In this document: positions 50,801 to 64,000 of the stretch, in pieces
Numbering within the stretch: the stretch's first letter is position 1
How the letters are laid out: each line of letters starts with the position of its first letter
Assembly: GCA_040954595.2 (NCBI GenBank)
Contig: CM082586.2
Span: 6,124,509-6,188,508 of the forward strand
Reading direction: 5' to 3'
Origin: Balanoglossus misakiensis
Taxonomy: Eukaryota; Animalia; Hemichordata
DNA: 64,000 nucleotides
Notes under the pieces: generated by a model
The model's input: the letters and a program-made list of their open reading frames with translations, nothing else
What the model was told of the DNA's origin: nothing
Database searches by the model: none
Translations under genes and position numbers: made by a program

Positions 50801-53800
50801 CTAGGGCATTTTGTTTGCAGGTGATCGTGATCAAGACATGCATTTAGGTATAGTTGACAAAAGCACGCCAAAACGTTGTACTTAAACGTAGTATACCAAA
50901 ATACAGATGTACAATAAATGTCATCATCAGTAATTTGGACATTTATAGAGTTTTACATTTATGTCTCCAGCAACATAAATGGAAGGATATCGCCTTGTAC
51001 ATACCTTTTTTTCCGAGGGCTCACAAAATGCAATCTGCCACTACCTTTGCATAGAGGAGCTCTACAGGATTGACAATCTACATGTACAAATGACGTCACC
51101 ATGGTAGTGTTGGAGGGAAGTAGTTGCCTTGCTTCCATAGTAACCGCCTATGGACTATTCATATCATATGCGAGAACGAGTGCCATCATTCAACACGGTC
51201 AAATGACGAATGTATTACATAGCTAAAACACGAGAAAGCGTTGGGGGTTTTTTCAGACTGCTTGAACGACTCTTGACACCATGTTTGATCCACGGTTCAT
51301 TAGTCATATGGAGTTGCAGAGAGGCCATTAAACTTAGTCATATTACATGTGCGCGCACCATGCGTTACATATGCACGTACAATGTGAATTATCACAAAAA
51401 AATGAAGCCTTCATAAAATACCAATAAACCTTAATGCCTGTGTTGTCTGCGTTCGCAGTGCCAACTGATTAGGCAGCAATTCTAACTGTCATTTTTGCAT
51501 TCTTCTAACACAATTTTCAAAGGTAAACTCAAGCATTGATGCTTCTTATAACGTTGTCCGCATGTATCTTATTCTACGGTAGTTTGTTGCTATTAGGGAT
51601 TCGACCATGTACCGGTATAGTCTAGCATGTGTTAGTGGCCAACTATATATATGTTGAAACGTGTCTTATAGCAGCCATTTGTTTAAAGTCCCTGTACAAT
51701 GTACATGTGCAGAAATTGACCTGTCTGTAAAGACCTCTGAGAATACAGCCATCTAAGAAATGGCCAGTATTAATGTTCGAGCTTGTCAAATAGCCACGAC
51801 ATCTTAACCATGAGAACACGGGAAACAACCTCACGGTCATTTTAGACAGTGTACGGACGCTGGCACTGAGAATATGGAAACGTCTAGTGCGCACTTGCTG
51901 GTAGTTAGTTGTAAACCAACCTCTGGCATTATATTGATGAATTTTTGAAGGCATATTTTTTATTAAACCTGGAAATCTAAATAGTCAAGTAATTATAACT
52001 GAAGTATTGTGGTCCTGTGATTTTTTTGGAGCGCCGTCAATCAGTAACACAGAAGTTACTGTACCCTGGTCTCGAAAGGTCTTTGAATACACTGTGTGAG
52101 TTCGTAGAAGTTAGGAAATTAGATTTCGTAGTGCGTTGTATGTGGTCCCCTTAACAAGATAAACGCAGTGGTGCTTCAAAGACGTGACTCGGGTATTAAA
52201 GCACAAAGCCGACTGGCCCATTGTACAATCTCACGCATACATTTGAGGAAGAGGGGTTTTGGCGCAGATGAATAAATGTTGGGGCGCTAGGACAGATTAG
52301 ATGGTGAAACACGGTATTAAACAAATCCGAATAATTCTCATGGGCTTTCATTTTCTCGGCCTCTGGAAGTTGAACATGGTCAGGATTAGTGTATGTATTT
52401 ATGCCCGATTCATTCGTTGATCAATACATAACCTTTTGCCGAGTAAACGATCATTCGATATCTGAGATAATCTGAATAGTTTGTGTATGGACATAACAGA
52501 AACCGTGGCCCAATTATAGGCAGTTATTAAAAAAGATATTATAGTGATAATTAAACGTACGTATGAATATTTAACGCTTGTCAGACGAATGATAACTTGT
52601 TGCTTTGATGTCTATCAATCGAATTATTATCACGCGGATTTGAAGAACCGTTTTGCACAGCGTGGCATTTGGATTAACATTTCGGGTTGATTTTGCTGTA
52701 TCCCACAATTGTAATGGGATGTGGCGTAAAACACGGAGCTGACTGAAAAACGCCTGGATTTTTGGGAGCTCATCGCAGTCCCTGATTATTCATCAGACAA
52801 TCTGCTTGGCTGACGTGGAAGGCATATATTGTTCTTGAAATAGGTATCGGTAAATGAAGCACTGGAAATAATCTCTTAGAGGATGCAATATAGCCTTAGG
52901 GGAAACCTTCTAATTTTGCTAATTTTCTGGTGGAGGTATTCCTCACCGTTACCAGAATACATGTTTGATGTGGTCGTCGCTCACACACAAGTAGTCAATG
53001 GCGTTACAGGCACACCGCACAATCAGTTGTAAGTCACGCGGTAGTCGGTAAATCGATAATAATTGCCTATTTTGACGGAGGCTTGTCGTGCTTACCACAG
53101 TCAAAAACAATGTTAGCAGGAGTTTATCGTACCCGGGAGACATTTTGACTTTGTGTCGAACTCTATGTGCAGCAGCCAAACAAAACAGCACGTATCACGT
53201 CCAAAGGCAATATTTTTTGCTGTAGAGGGATAAAGACAAATAAACAACCGATATCGATGTGATGTATTTTAACCTAAATGTGACATTGGAACTGAAATAT
53301 TCGAAACACAAATTTTTTTTAAAACAAAATAGACTTTCACTTTCAATTTACCGAATAGACAAGACAGGAGAGTATATTAAAAGTTTTCATGTACACTGAT
53401 TGACGATTCCTTCAGGAGAATTAACATACACAATGTATTGACTAATGGTTGTACGACTCGCGGTTTAAACAACACCATACCGTCTCCGAAAGCATTTCCG
53501 CCTACCCTAGTTCTTCAACGACACACTATCAAAAGAGTTATAAAATAAATTGAAATGTGAAGTAGTGTCTGGCGAGACATTTTAGCTCGTTATGCCTGAG
53601 TCGTCAACCATTACATAAATGGTGTTTGCCGCGACAGTAGGTTATATCGGTGCGTGTTCCGCACAATGGCGTTCATCAAAAGTGTTTTCAGCGAACGGCA
53701 TGAACATGCATTATGTATACAAGTCACTGGAACGGTATCAGAAGGTAAATTCAAAACCGTATCTGTTCAAAGGTGCGTTTGAATGGTGCGCACCGTTAAC

Positions 53801-56800
53801 AAGGACTTCGCCCGAGGATCGTCGATAAGCTGCGTGCATTTTCCATGAGTCGAGAAAATGAAGTTAACAAACTCTGTAATGATCAAGACACGGTTTGCCA
53901 TGCACAGTATGCCAATGGTGAACAAAATCAATACCTGTTAACCGTTTATGATGATTTGATATATATCCACTCGACACTGCCTTTGGGTTTAAGCTGGACA
54001 ACATGTTGATGATTAGTTGTATTGCGATGTACTGTATACGTGTGTCAGTGTGTCCTTCAAGGCAACACATTTACATGCAACAGTTAAAATCACCCACGTT
54101 GAAAATAAAGTAAAGGCAAAACTCACAATTTACTTTAACATCCGAGTGTTGCATGCACTGGTGTACATATCCTCTGATCATAATTACAGTCCTTGCTTGA
54201 TGAAACTGACACATTGGAAATATTCCAAGAGTTATATGGCATTGATAATCATCTATCCAGGAATAAATAAAATCAAATACAGACAGATCCACAGTCAGAT
54301 AGGAACATCGAAATTAATCAGTTCGACTAAAGATCACCCAGATGGAATAAAACGATGGATACAATGATAACATGTACACATTGGCAGATATCCTAGCCCG
54401 TGGTAAGTATACCTAGAATTGTAGTAGATCTATCAACGATAGGCGCGACACGGGCGTGTCATATTTGCAATACAACAGATCAAGATTGAACGTGTCTTCA
54501 GGTAAATTTGCCAAACAAATGCCGAATGTCATCTGTAATATTTAATATTAATTATTCCACCTTCCTACACTAGCAAAATATGTAACATGTATTAACGTTA
54601 TCATTGCCGAAGGCATGTCCTTTGTATATAACCTTTACCCATATGGTCGAACTCAACGATAGTAGGTGCAGGTATATCAGCTTCTGCAGTGGTTGTATTA
54701 TTCAAACAAATTATTAATAGTTAAAAAACAAGACAGTGTTACCATCAAAGGTCAGTCAGCATAAGGTGTATGAGATGAGCTAAAATTGTCAAGGATCAGA
54801 AACGAATACAAACGTTAGCACAAGCCTTGACAGGTTAAATGTGCCTGAATCCTACGAATATTATTCCAGCTGATGATAGTGATTTAGACACCACGCATTC
54901 GACTCACTCAATGTGGAGTTGCGTTCAATCAATCCGGATGAATCAGGCATAATGAGTTAATGACTTTTGAGAATGAACTTCAAAATACTTCCTTATGGCA
55001 GTAATCAACTCACAAATACGTGACGTGTATAATATGAGACGATGAACAAAGGATATAATTTGATAATACTAAATGCAGGTTTACCCATTCTTAAAGCTAA
55101 TTGATTCTGAAAGGTAGGGGATGACCTTCCCTTTAAACGTGCCACACCACAAGTAACTTTTCTCTCTCCCGAGTATAGGCCTATTTCCAACAGGATGTTG
55201 TATCCTTGATTTCAATATTTTCGGCGGAAATCACCTTAGCGAATATAATTGCATTTCATGGGTTCTAAATGATTTTTTCCATATTAGGAAGTGTAAGTGT
55301 TATAGCAACATCGTCAAGTCCCACACAGATATTTGGCGTTCGCCGCAAGGACACTAGGCTATTAACTGATCTCTAATACTCGTCTTTCATCTAGCGCCGT
55401 CTGCCCAGCCGATCAGGAGACTAATCTTGTCTCCTGAATAGACCGGAAAATGTACTTATCAAGCGAACCAGACGTGTCCAGGTTTTACCTCGCTCTTCCT
55501 TTCCCTACTCAGGGGAATACTTAATGGATCCTACCGGTATTTTCCTTTCAAACGACGGCATCACGAGGCGACGTATGTAATGATATTGATAAGAAAAAAC
55601 TTGCTTGAGACCAGTTTTGCTGAATGGAGTGGCGAGTCCCACCAGGCAGTGTAAACGGAGATCACAAACGTGCAAAACCTCATATCGCTCGCTTGATAGC
55701 GGCGCCTCTTTAAGAAGGACGAACCAATTACGAAATGTTGGGATTTGTGAGACACATGTACCGCCAATAATTTGCTGTTCTGCCATAGTATCATCACAGT
55801 CTGTCAGATATAGTTTTCAACTGGCGAATAAACAGATTGAAGTTTGGAAAAAGAAGAAGACATAAGTGAGCGATAAGCTTATGACCACATTTCTTTCGTA
55901 ACACTGAATGATCAGCACTTGCATAGTTTCTGATGCCTTTTGGTCTAACAAAGAGATTAAACATTATCAGATAAATACACAATGTACAATACACATGTGT
56001 AACACAAAGCAATTCAACATTCTGGTACGTCATCCATGTTCATCACTTAATGGGAATGATGAATAAATGTATGTGATGATTTGAAGTTTCATCGAGGTCA
56101 GTTTATAAAGTTTGCTGTTATCAGATTTATGCTATGCATTCTATGAACACACATCAATACATGTTGAGGAATCGCATGTTGACCGTATACATTCCGAACC
56201 TGTGTACAATTTTAGGAGCTTTGGTCAGTCCAAATTTACACAATTATATTTGCAATTTACTGGGTTTAGATCTGGTCGTTAAGAAGAACAAAGATTACAG
56301 TTAACATGGTACGATATCACGACTATTATCTATAATTCGAAACTCCATATTATCTGTGGTGACAAGCCTATCCTATGAAGTAGCGGTATATCGTCACCGA
56401 CTTATTATGTTAGCGGGTGAAGCTTTGATCCAAAGACAATATCCACAATTCAATCATGTTGGGTAATTGTGGCACACATAAACGACAAATGCCATATTCA
56501 ACTTCAAATTGTGCAGTTTAGCAATATTCTAAGATCACATGAAAGGTTCAACTTGTGTGCTGTAAATATTAGCACAAACTACCAGATATTATGTTCACTT
56601 ATGTCTATGTTTTCAGACAAAAAACGTGCTTTGTGGAGATAAGACCTTGAGTACTTTATGAGTAACAATAGAGGAATAATTATCATGTAGGTTATTTTTC
56701 CATAACCTGAAGCCAGCGACTTAGCGTTATCTGGTGCACTCTGACTTGGTGCACTTTCGCTCAGACGAGGAAAGACTACAGTAACAGCGGTCGTCGTGCA

Positions 56801-57784
56801 GGTTTTAATTTGTCTGGCTTTGTCTTGGAACATGTATTTTTGGAACATGTTTTTTTTTCCAGGCTTATACAGCTCTAGTGTATCCAGGGCAGAGTCGAGT
56901 CGCAATAATCTTAGGAGACAATTTCACATCCCAGTGAAGGGTTAAAACGGCAAATGTTAATTAGGCCTAGCGGCTTGGGAAACCCAAACGCCAAGGTGTA
57001 TGTTGTCCCACTTGAAGAAAATATTCGTTTGTGATGGACAGACTGATACAGAGACGTGCGTGTCTTCTTACACACCTTAATACCAGTCGAGGTGCACGTC
57101 GTATCATTTCATTCTATGACCTTATCAGATATTTTTTGTCACCGTGTCGAGCGGGAGGATCGTTTCACGTGACCCCTTCTTTGAACGGGTCAGAGATAAA
57201 CCATCACCTCCAGATCATTTTGCTTCATAATGATCAGTCCGCGAGTAAAATGAGGTGCACGTCCGCGGGGGAGTGTCAATTATTTTTCCCCATATTGATA
57301 ATCTTCTCTCAGCTTTTAATGGCACTGTGGTGTGTTCCAAAAATGGCGAGAAACCAACTATTGATAATAGATTGCACTAATATATTCTATCGAGAAATAA
57401 CTCAAACATTTTGATATTATCTTGAAAGAAGGTGACAGAAAGCAGGTAACACGTCATCATAATTAGGGTATTAAAACGCGAGAATATTTAAGTCATTCCG
57501 ATGTTTAATAAAAATAATGCTTTTTCTTAAAATAATAATTGTAGTTGTTAGTGAGTTAAGTAGCATTAATTATATTATTTAGTAGGCCTAAAGCGTGAAA
57601 CGGACAGTATTTAATTTTAATAGCTGAACATATATGGCTAATACGTTTTCCGGGACATTAATCATGCAATTGTGAGTGCTTAGAAATGCTCAACACGGAT
57701 CCCTTTACTGCATATTACTCATGAAAACCTCATTTGCCCTTTTTACGGTTTTGATAATGTAAAACGTATATAGGTTTAGTTGAA

Positions 57785-57873
57785 CCCTTTCACCACCATG
57801 GTTCAGGCCAAACCCATTGGTTTCTATGGCAGGTTTGGACCTCTCAAGAGGGAACTGCATGGGGTGAAAGGTT
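57785..57873. mobile_element. Very small decayed MITE-like element (piggyBac-type CCC terminus)
   Basis: ccctttcaccaccatg ... catggggtgaaaggtt imperfect terminal inverted repeats about 90 bp apart; TTAA flanks are degenerate. Confidence 0.45.
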
Positions 57874-57901
57874 GGAAAGTTATATTTCTACAGAAAGCCA
57901 A

Positions 57902-57942
<41 letters not shown>
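57902..57942. repeat. (AGAC)n microsatellite
   Basis: About 10 perfect units. Confidence 0.95.
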
Positions 57943-57944
<2 letters not shown>

Positions 57945-60900
57945 TGACAGGGAGTGGGAAAGAGGGATGAAGCAGAGAGAATATTGTAAGTTTAATATCG
58001 TTCTGTTGCTAACCGTTACATTTCGAGGAAGCTGACGGTAGGTTGGATGTACCTGTACACAGACTGGAGATTAATGAACGAAAGTTATGTACATTGTATG
58101 GTGGCGCAATACTTGTCAAATTCCAATATGAATGTATTAAGCTGAAAGGGGTAAGTCGTTTCTTCTTGCCAATAGAGGTCGCCATTTGCCATTTTTTGAT
58201 ATACAAAAATGCAACATTGTTGCAAAATTAGTTTGGGGACCTCTTGCAATTAAGCAGCTTCCTTCCCTTACTTTTTACAAAGACCCGCAGTCACTGCTTC
58301 CAGGTATATTTTTGTGTAATTATTACACCATGAGCCTAAGGCAACATCACGGAAGTCTGCTTAGGGTAAAAACCACTCGCTCGGCGCAGGATGGTCTCAA
58401 AATGGACCCGCAAGCTTCTACAATCACCGTGTCAATTACAGCTGTATTGTACGAAATACAACATGTTGTAAATGCAATTATGAAATCAATTATCAACCGC
58501 ACCGACCTATTAATGATTCATTACAGCCTCGGTAATTAAATATTGCAAAATATAGACATATTTTCTATACATGTGCACCTTTGCTACCCACTGCATAACA
58601 ATCTGGAGTCAGGCTTGACACAATGTCGTTAAGGTATTATATAAGGCAACAGTCTATGAATTAATCCAAGGAAATAGTTAATTAAAATAAAAGTACAACA
58701 TGGACATTCAAACAGATGTCTCGCATTATTAAAAAGCAAATTCGATTGTCATCATATACATGTAATAAGAAACCTTTATAAAAATGTAGAATTTATATTC
58801 AAAATGTGATTTTTTATAACATCAAGCCTTATGACACATACAATAACAAAATTTGTATTCTGGTCACGTACACATCACTATTGCGCAAATGTCATTTGAC
58901 ATAACGTACACCTGCGCCAGCTTGGGGATTAATTAGATGGGTTCATAAAGTTAATTATTGCCTTTAGAATTGAGACGGAAGAGCCAACAGCAATGTTGGT
59001 GACAATTATAGTTACATGTGTAGAACACTGCAACCAAGAGGTAGTCGGAGAGAACATTAATTACTTGCATGACGACTGTTCAGGTCGGTTGATGACAGAT
59101 GTTGTCAATGACCAGGTAACTTCAGTGTAAATTGGAATATCACTTCAATTTGAATTGAAAAATAAATTGCCAATGTCAATTGTATCGGGTCATCTAAAGT
59201 GGCATACGTATTCAATTAACTCATACATTAAAACAAGATGAACTTAAGATGCCCTGTAGCAACGCACGCTATAAACAACATTTGTAAACTGCACCATCTA
59301 TATTAAATGGTCATAATGTTGCTACAATAATATTTGGAGAATACAATGAATCATAAGACCCTGTTTGAGTGATAAAACATTTTCTCATCTAGATGAAAGC
59401 TGCAAATTTTGAATAAAAAATGCAGACTGTCGACAGACGCAAGACGAAAACTAATCACATAAGGTACAATAGTATTGTCTATAGTAGCTAAAATCTCCGT
59501 CCGTCTAGATAAATCTTTTCCAACTTCGCATTTTAACAGGATAAGAACACATTCAACAAACTCCTTTTCAAATGTGACATCTGTTATAGCAAAATCATAA
59601 ACATGCCTTAGGGTTTTGAAATCAATGAGTTAGACTAAGTGTATCTTAAAAGCAGGAAATGATACTTCGCGTGTGTTGGCGACAGCCTGCTACACACTAA
59701 CCTTTCGAGGCATGTAAGATATGTTAAGATATCCAATGGATTATCTTTCAACAACATTTTTACCTTCACGTTCAATAAACCCAACTACTTTGTCAATCAG
59801 TATAATCGTGTCTGTGACAGTGAAAGATACAAAATTACTTAACAGTCCTGATAATCAATGGGTTTCAATTCAAAATATTGGAACTGTTATACACTAAAGA
59901 TGCATTTTGCACCCCGTATGTTAAAGTTTAACTCAGGAAAATACTCTTTTTCATTGTTTATTGTCTGTGACAGTAAAAACATTGTGCGTCATGAAACTTT
60001 GACCACACACGATATTGATAGTCCATATCAGGAAATGTAACTTCCTGAAATTTGCTACCTGGACAGTTCCCACCATATGGTGGTATGGTGTCCATGGGAT
60101 GTAAGTGGCAACTACATGTATAAAGTGGCGACTACATGTATAAACAACAAAGCCATGACGTTGATGTATATACCACGTTACCTGATATGTTTTTCGAAAT
60201 GTATGCTCTGATGACAAATCGATGCCAATTTTATAATACAGTCTTCCCTTTTTCACATGATTCGACAGTGTCATCCGGAATTAATCATAAATGATCGCCG
60301 GATCATGCGGTTAAACATGGTTATATTATTGAACGTATTCTGATGTTTCCTGTTCTACCCTGGCTAATCTCATTAACGATGCTACAGAGAGCTTCATACG
60401 ATTAATCCGGATGCAAGATCTCATTATTGCCCAATAATCTCGTCATTTAGCTCTGGAAAACACCTGTGCCGGTGTCAGTGTTCAATCATTCATAAAATTG
60501 ACAGTTATTGTGTCTCGAATTTTTAAATCTCCTTTCTTTGATTCTCATGTACAGAAAGTCACTGTAATAACTGGAGAAAGAAGGCCTTACCGACAATCAC
60601 TATGCATTAGTCTTATTCCAATATAGAGCAAATATAATACGGATTCACACAGTTTTCTTATGTTGCAATATTATATCAGTTTTGACTAGAATGTATAATC
60701 TGTTGTATCGAGGTTATATAGATAGTTGTTACAAGACATTGATACCAAATTATATTCAATTAAAATGCAATATCTTTTTTTCATATATTTGTTTTCAGAA
60801 TATTCAGTGAGAGTGGTGTCGTTTACAATAATGAGAAGAGTCTCAATGATCTATTGTTTCACAAATAATTGGACAATGTTTGACAAGGCTTGCCATGTGT

Positions 60901-63900
60901 AAGATCCCTAGTTTACGTCACAAAAGTTAATACAATTTTCTGGCAAATATTTTGAATTATGATTTAGAACTTAAATTGTACGAACTAGAATTGTCGACTT
61001 CAGACTACCTATATGTATTGTCAATTGGTGCTGGATAGAATGATGTAAATCGCTGTTAAGGAAATCAGCTCTTGTGTTCCGCTGTTAAGGGAATAATCGC
61101 CAGAACAAGATTAAACGGTTGCATCAACCTATATATTGCGTAAATCACTGAAATAGTAGACTTGACAGAGTGTAAGATGCGTTAAGAAAAGCCTTCCTGT
61201 GACAAGGTTAGTGACCGAAGACGCCGGCTAGCACAAGAAAGGAAATGGTGTTGAGTGTGCGGCCTTGAACATATGCTTTCTTCGGGGGATGCTAGATATG
61301 AGTATTCAAAATTATCTGTGCTGGTAAAACTCATGATGGGAATTTAAGCAAATACGAGGGAGGAACACCCCGCGGACTATGTGGGCTATTATATTGCTGT
61401 TCTGCGGCGCCAGAAAACAGCCAAGACACACATTGTACATTTTGAATATACGTGCACATCATATATTGGCGTTTCAAGTGGCTCAATGCTGCCCGCTTAA
61501 CACTTTCTTTCCGCACGTATAAACGACCACAATATTAAATGAACTGACGCTTTTGGAATTAAGCTCTCTGGGAAATTAGGACAAATTTGCAACGGCAAGC
61601 TAATTGCGCACATTCATCGCTAAATTTAGAGTAGACGACCACAGGAATCGAACATCACGAACTGGAAACGACGCGAGTAGCAATTTCTGGATCTCGCAAA
61701 ACACACATCATAAAAGGCAACGTCTGCGCTATTAAGAAGCCAAAGATATCGCCAAACATTATATTTAGTTTATATCTCGCTGATAATCATCTCGCAATTC
61801 TGCCACAGACTTTGCCAGTTTGTAGGATATATTTTAATCAAAAGGGTAGGGTCACTAGTTTATTCATCTCCGAGTTCACATCAGGGTCAATGTCACATAA
61901 CAGATCATGATTGCCTTTGTCATTTAGATTTAGGCGTATTTAGATATCCAAATTCATTTCAGGTATTGAGTAAACAGGGTGGCCATTAGGATTTCAACGA
62001 CCCTGCTTCAGGGAATTTGTATTTGCACTCAGTGTTTCAGATAATTCAGTTAAGTAGAATGATGACCATTCTCTATGGATTAACTTGATTGATTGGCCTA
62101 TAATGGCGAGATGCAAAGAACAGGTTCATGAACACAGAGGGATCAGAAAATTATCGAACAACAAAACATAATCTTAATCTCACGAAAACGTGTACTGGAA
62201 AACGTATACAAGCAGGCAGTTTGCACTGCATTTGGATTCAATGAAGAGATTTTCATGAGCAAATTAAAGCTTTGGAAGAAATAATAATTTTCTTCTATGT
62301 GATCAACGGCCTTTTCTGCAACCTTGAGTTCATGCTTGCGGCAATTGCTAATTAAACCCGCAAATCAGCGTTTGCAGAAAGAACGGACAAGTGAGTATAT
62401 AACCCGTCACGATTCTGTGTGTGCTATACGGGCAAGGCCACAAGAATATTCGACTCGCTTATTGTTCAGTTCTATTGCCTTATTACTTGTAATTCGTACA
62501 TGCTATTCATGTACCTCTCTGCTCAAAAGAAAGTCAAGTTACAATGACGCATGTAACACGCATGCGCTTTCCTTGGCAGAAATAAACGGACAAGTCAAGC
62601 AGTCAATAAAATCAGCTTGTATCAAAAGCGTTGTCTCTTATTACAGCTTCGAAGAGATATGCGGTAGACATAAAAGAATAAGGAGACTGAAGGGTCAATG
62701 TCAAAAGTCTGTTGTAGACTAACCAACATGCATGGAAGGGAACCTCTCACTTTGATTATAGACACTAGCTAAATAGATTATCACATAGGTTAGACATGTT
62801 AAAGAGATTGAATGACACAATATACAGTGTGTGTTGTCGTACAACCTTGAACCAATTGTCCCTTTGACATCAATGTAATTTCCGACATACCTGTTGACGG
62901 GAAAGGGGAGTCTTCCGAAATAAACCAAATTGCTCATTTGGAATGTCTCAATAGGAAGGTTTTCAGTAATGGCCGGATGCATGTTTCAATGTTGAAGAGA
63001 AACCCAAAGTGAAAGTGTGGGCCATTAATCGCTGACATATTTAGGAGTCCCACAACTCGACTGTGAAATGATAAAAACTGTAGCTTGTCAGGCCTCTTAT
63101 ATACTTAATGATAATTGCCCAGATAACTTGTGTGAGCCGTTGCACTAGGCATAATTGTAAGTGGTGTTATTTTCGGAGAGATATAAAATACATATTCATG
63201 TCAAATATGCCAATTTGGGAAAATACATTTGACCGTGACTTCTATCCAATGACAGCCGAAATTAATTTTGCTTGGAAATACACCAAGGTCCGTACATGCA
63301 TATATATTTAATCTTCTGTTCCAACCAAAGCACGCACTGACAGATGGACACTATCAGACAGACAGACAATGCAGGCAGACAAACAGATAAACTCCCACTT
63401 ATGTAACTGCGCCTGATTACTTAGTTGGTTGCACATGTTCCTTAAAGGTCATGATATATTCACTTTATTTTGACGGCCCGGGTTCATGAAAATACCACTT
63501 TCAACCTGCCGAGTTAAATTGGATGTTTTCTTTCGCTCGAATTACGTGTTTGAGACGGAGTCTGTTCAGCTTGACTAACAAAAGAATGTTGTGACATCTG
63601 TTAAACCATGTCTTATGAAAAAACGTCGTTTCGTTATTTCGTTTCAAAACCTAGTAATGAAATCATGCCATATAAAATACTCGGGTCATACGGCGTACAT
63701 CAAAAGGGATTTTAACAGAATAGCCTGCATTTAGCGTCTCTTAACGTCTGGCAAACTGTTAACACAAACAATGTTAGTAGCGTATAATATGCACACGTCG
63801 CAGATGAAATATAATATAAAATTGATTGTAAGGCAATGTGACTGTTCTGTGATGCAAGCTTATTTGTCGCTGGATACACCCACATTTACTTTGCATGAAT

Positions 63901-64000
63901 GTGCGGACATATGTGTATTCCTTGTGAAATATAGAGATTTATATCAGTTGAGAGTGACCGCATGTTCCAATCGTTAATTGGCTGACATGTTAGCAGTGTG

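Noticed and set aside
55413-55437. 9-bp stem hairpin TCAGGAGAC/GTCTCCTGA
   Set aside because: Too short to distinguish from chance in 64 kb; no supporting context.
53200-64000. Numerous 60-130 aa ORFs and isolated splice-like signals (for example minus-strand donors near 55487 and 62890)
   Set aside because: No homology, codon bias or consistent exon chain; treated as intergenic or intronic sequence.
1-64000. Prokaryotic-type systems (CRISPR, defence islands, operons), tRNA and rRNA genes
   Set aside because: Low coding density, introns and microsatellites indicate animal nuclear DNA; no such elements were recognisable.

Overview
AT-rich eukaryotic (animal) genomic DNA with spliceosomal introns, microsatellites and small TTAA-type DNA transposon relics. 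An invertebrate, possibly a non-vertebrate deuterostome, is my guess; the sequence does not prove it. I found no prokaryotic operon, CRISPR array, rRNA or tRNA. Four protein-coding loci are supportable. (1) A spliced FKBP-type peptidyl-prolyl isomerase with a C-terminal membrane anchor (clear exons 6839-6969 and 7191-7485); its preceding exon carries two compensating frameshifts, a stop and a non-GT donor, so it is probably a pseudogene, null allele or assembly error. (2) A 436-aa, mostly disordered uncharacterised protein (20738-22048) with repeated LPxI motifs and an RFX/YY1-type upstream promoter candidate. (3, 4) Two intronless class A neuropeptide-type GPCR paralogues arranged tail-to-tail (35436-36563 +, 42464-43597 -). 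The most unusual structure is the GPCR pair. Its 5' segments are far more similar (about 95%) than its TM5-TM6 segments (about 82%), suggesting gene conversion. A 346-bp fully palindromic TTAA-flanked element lies within about 35 bp of the pair's symmetry axis. Most other short ORFs in the track are noise. All counts and alignments were done by eye.
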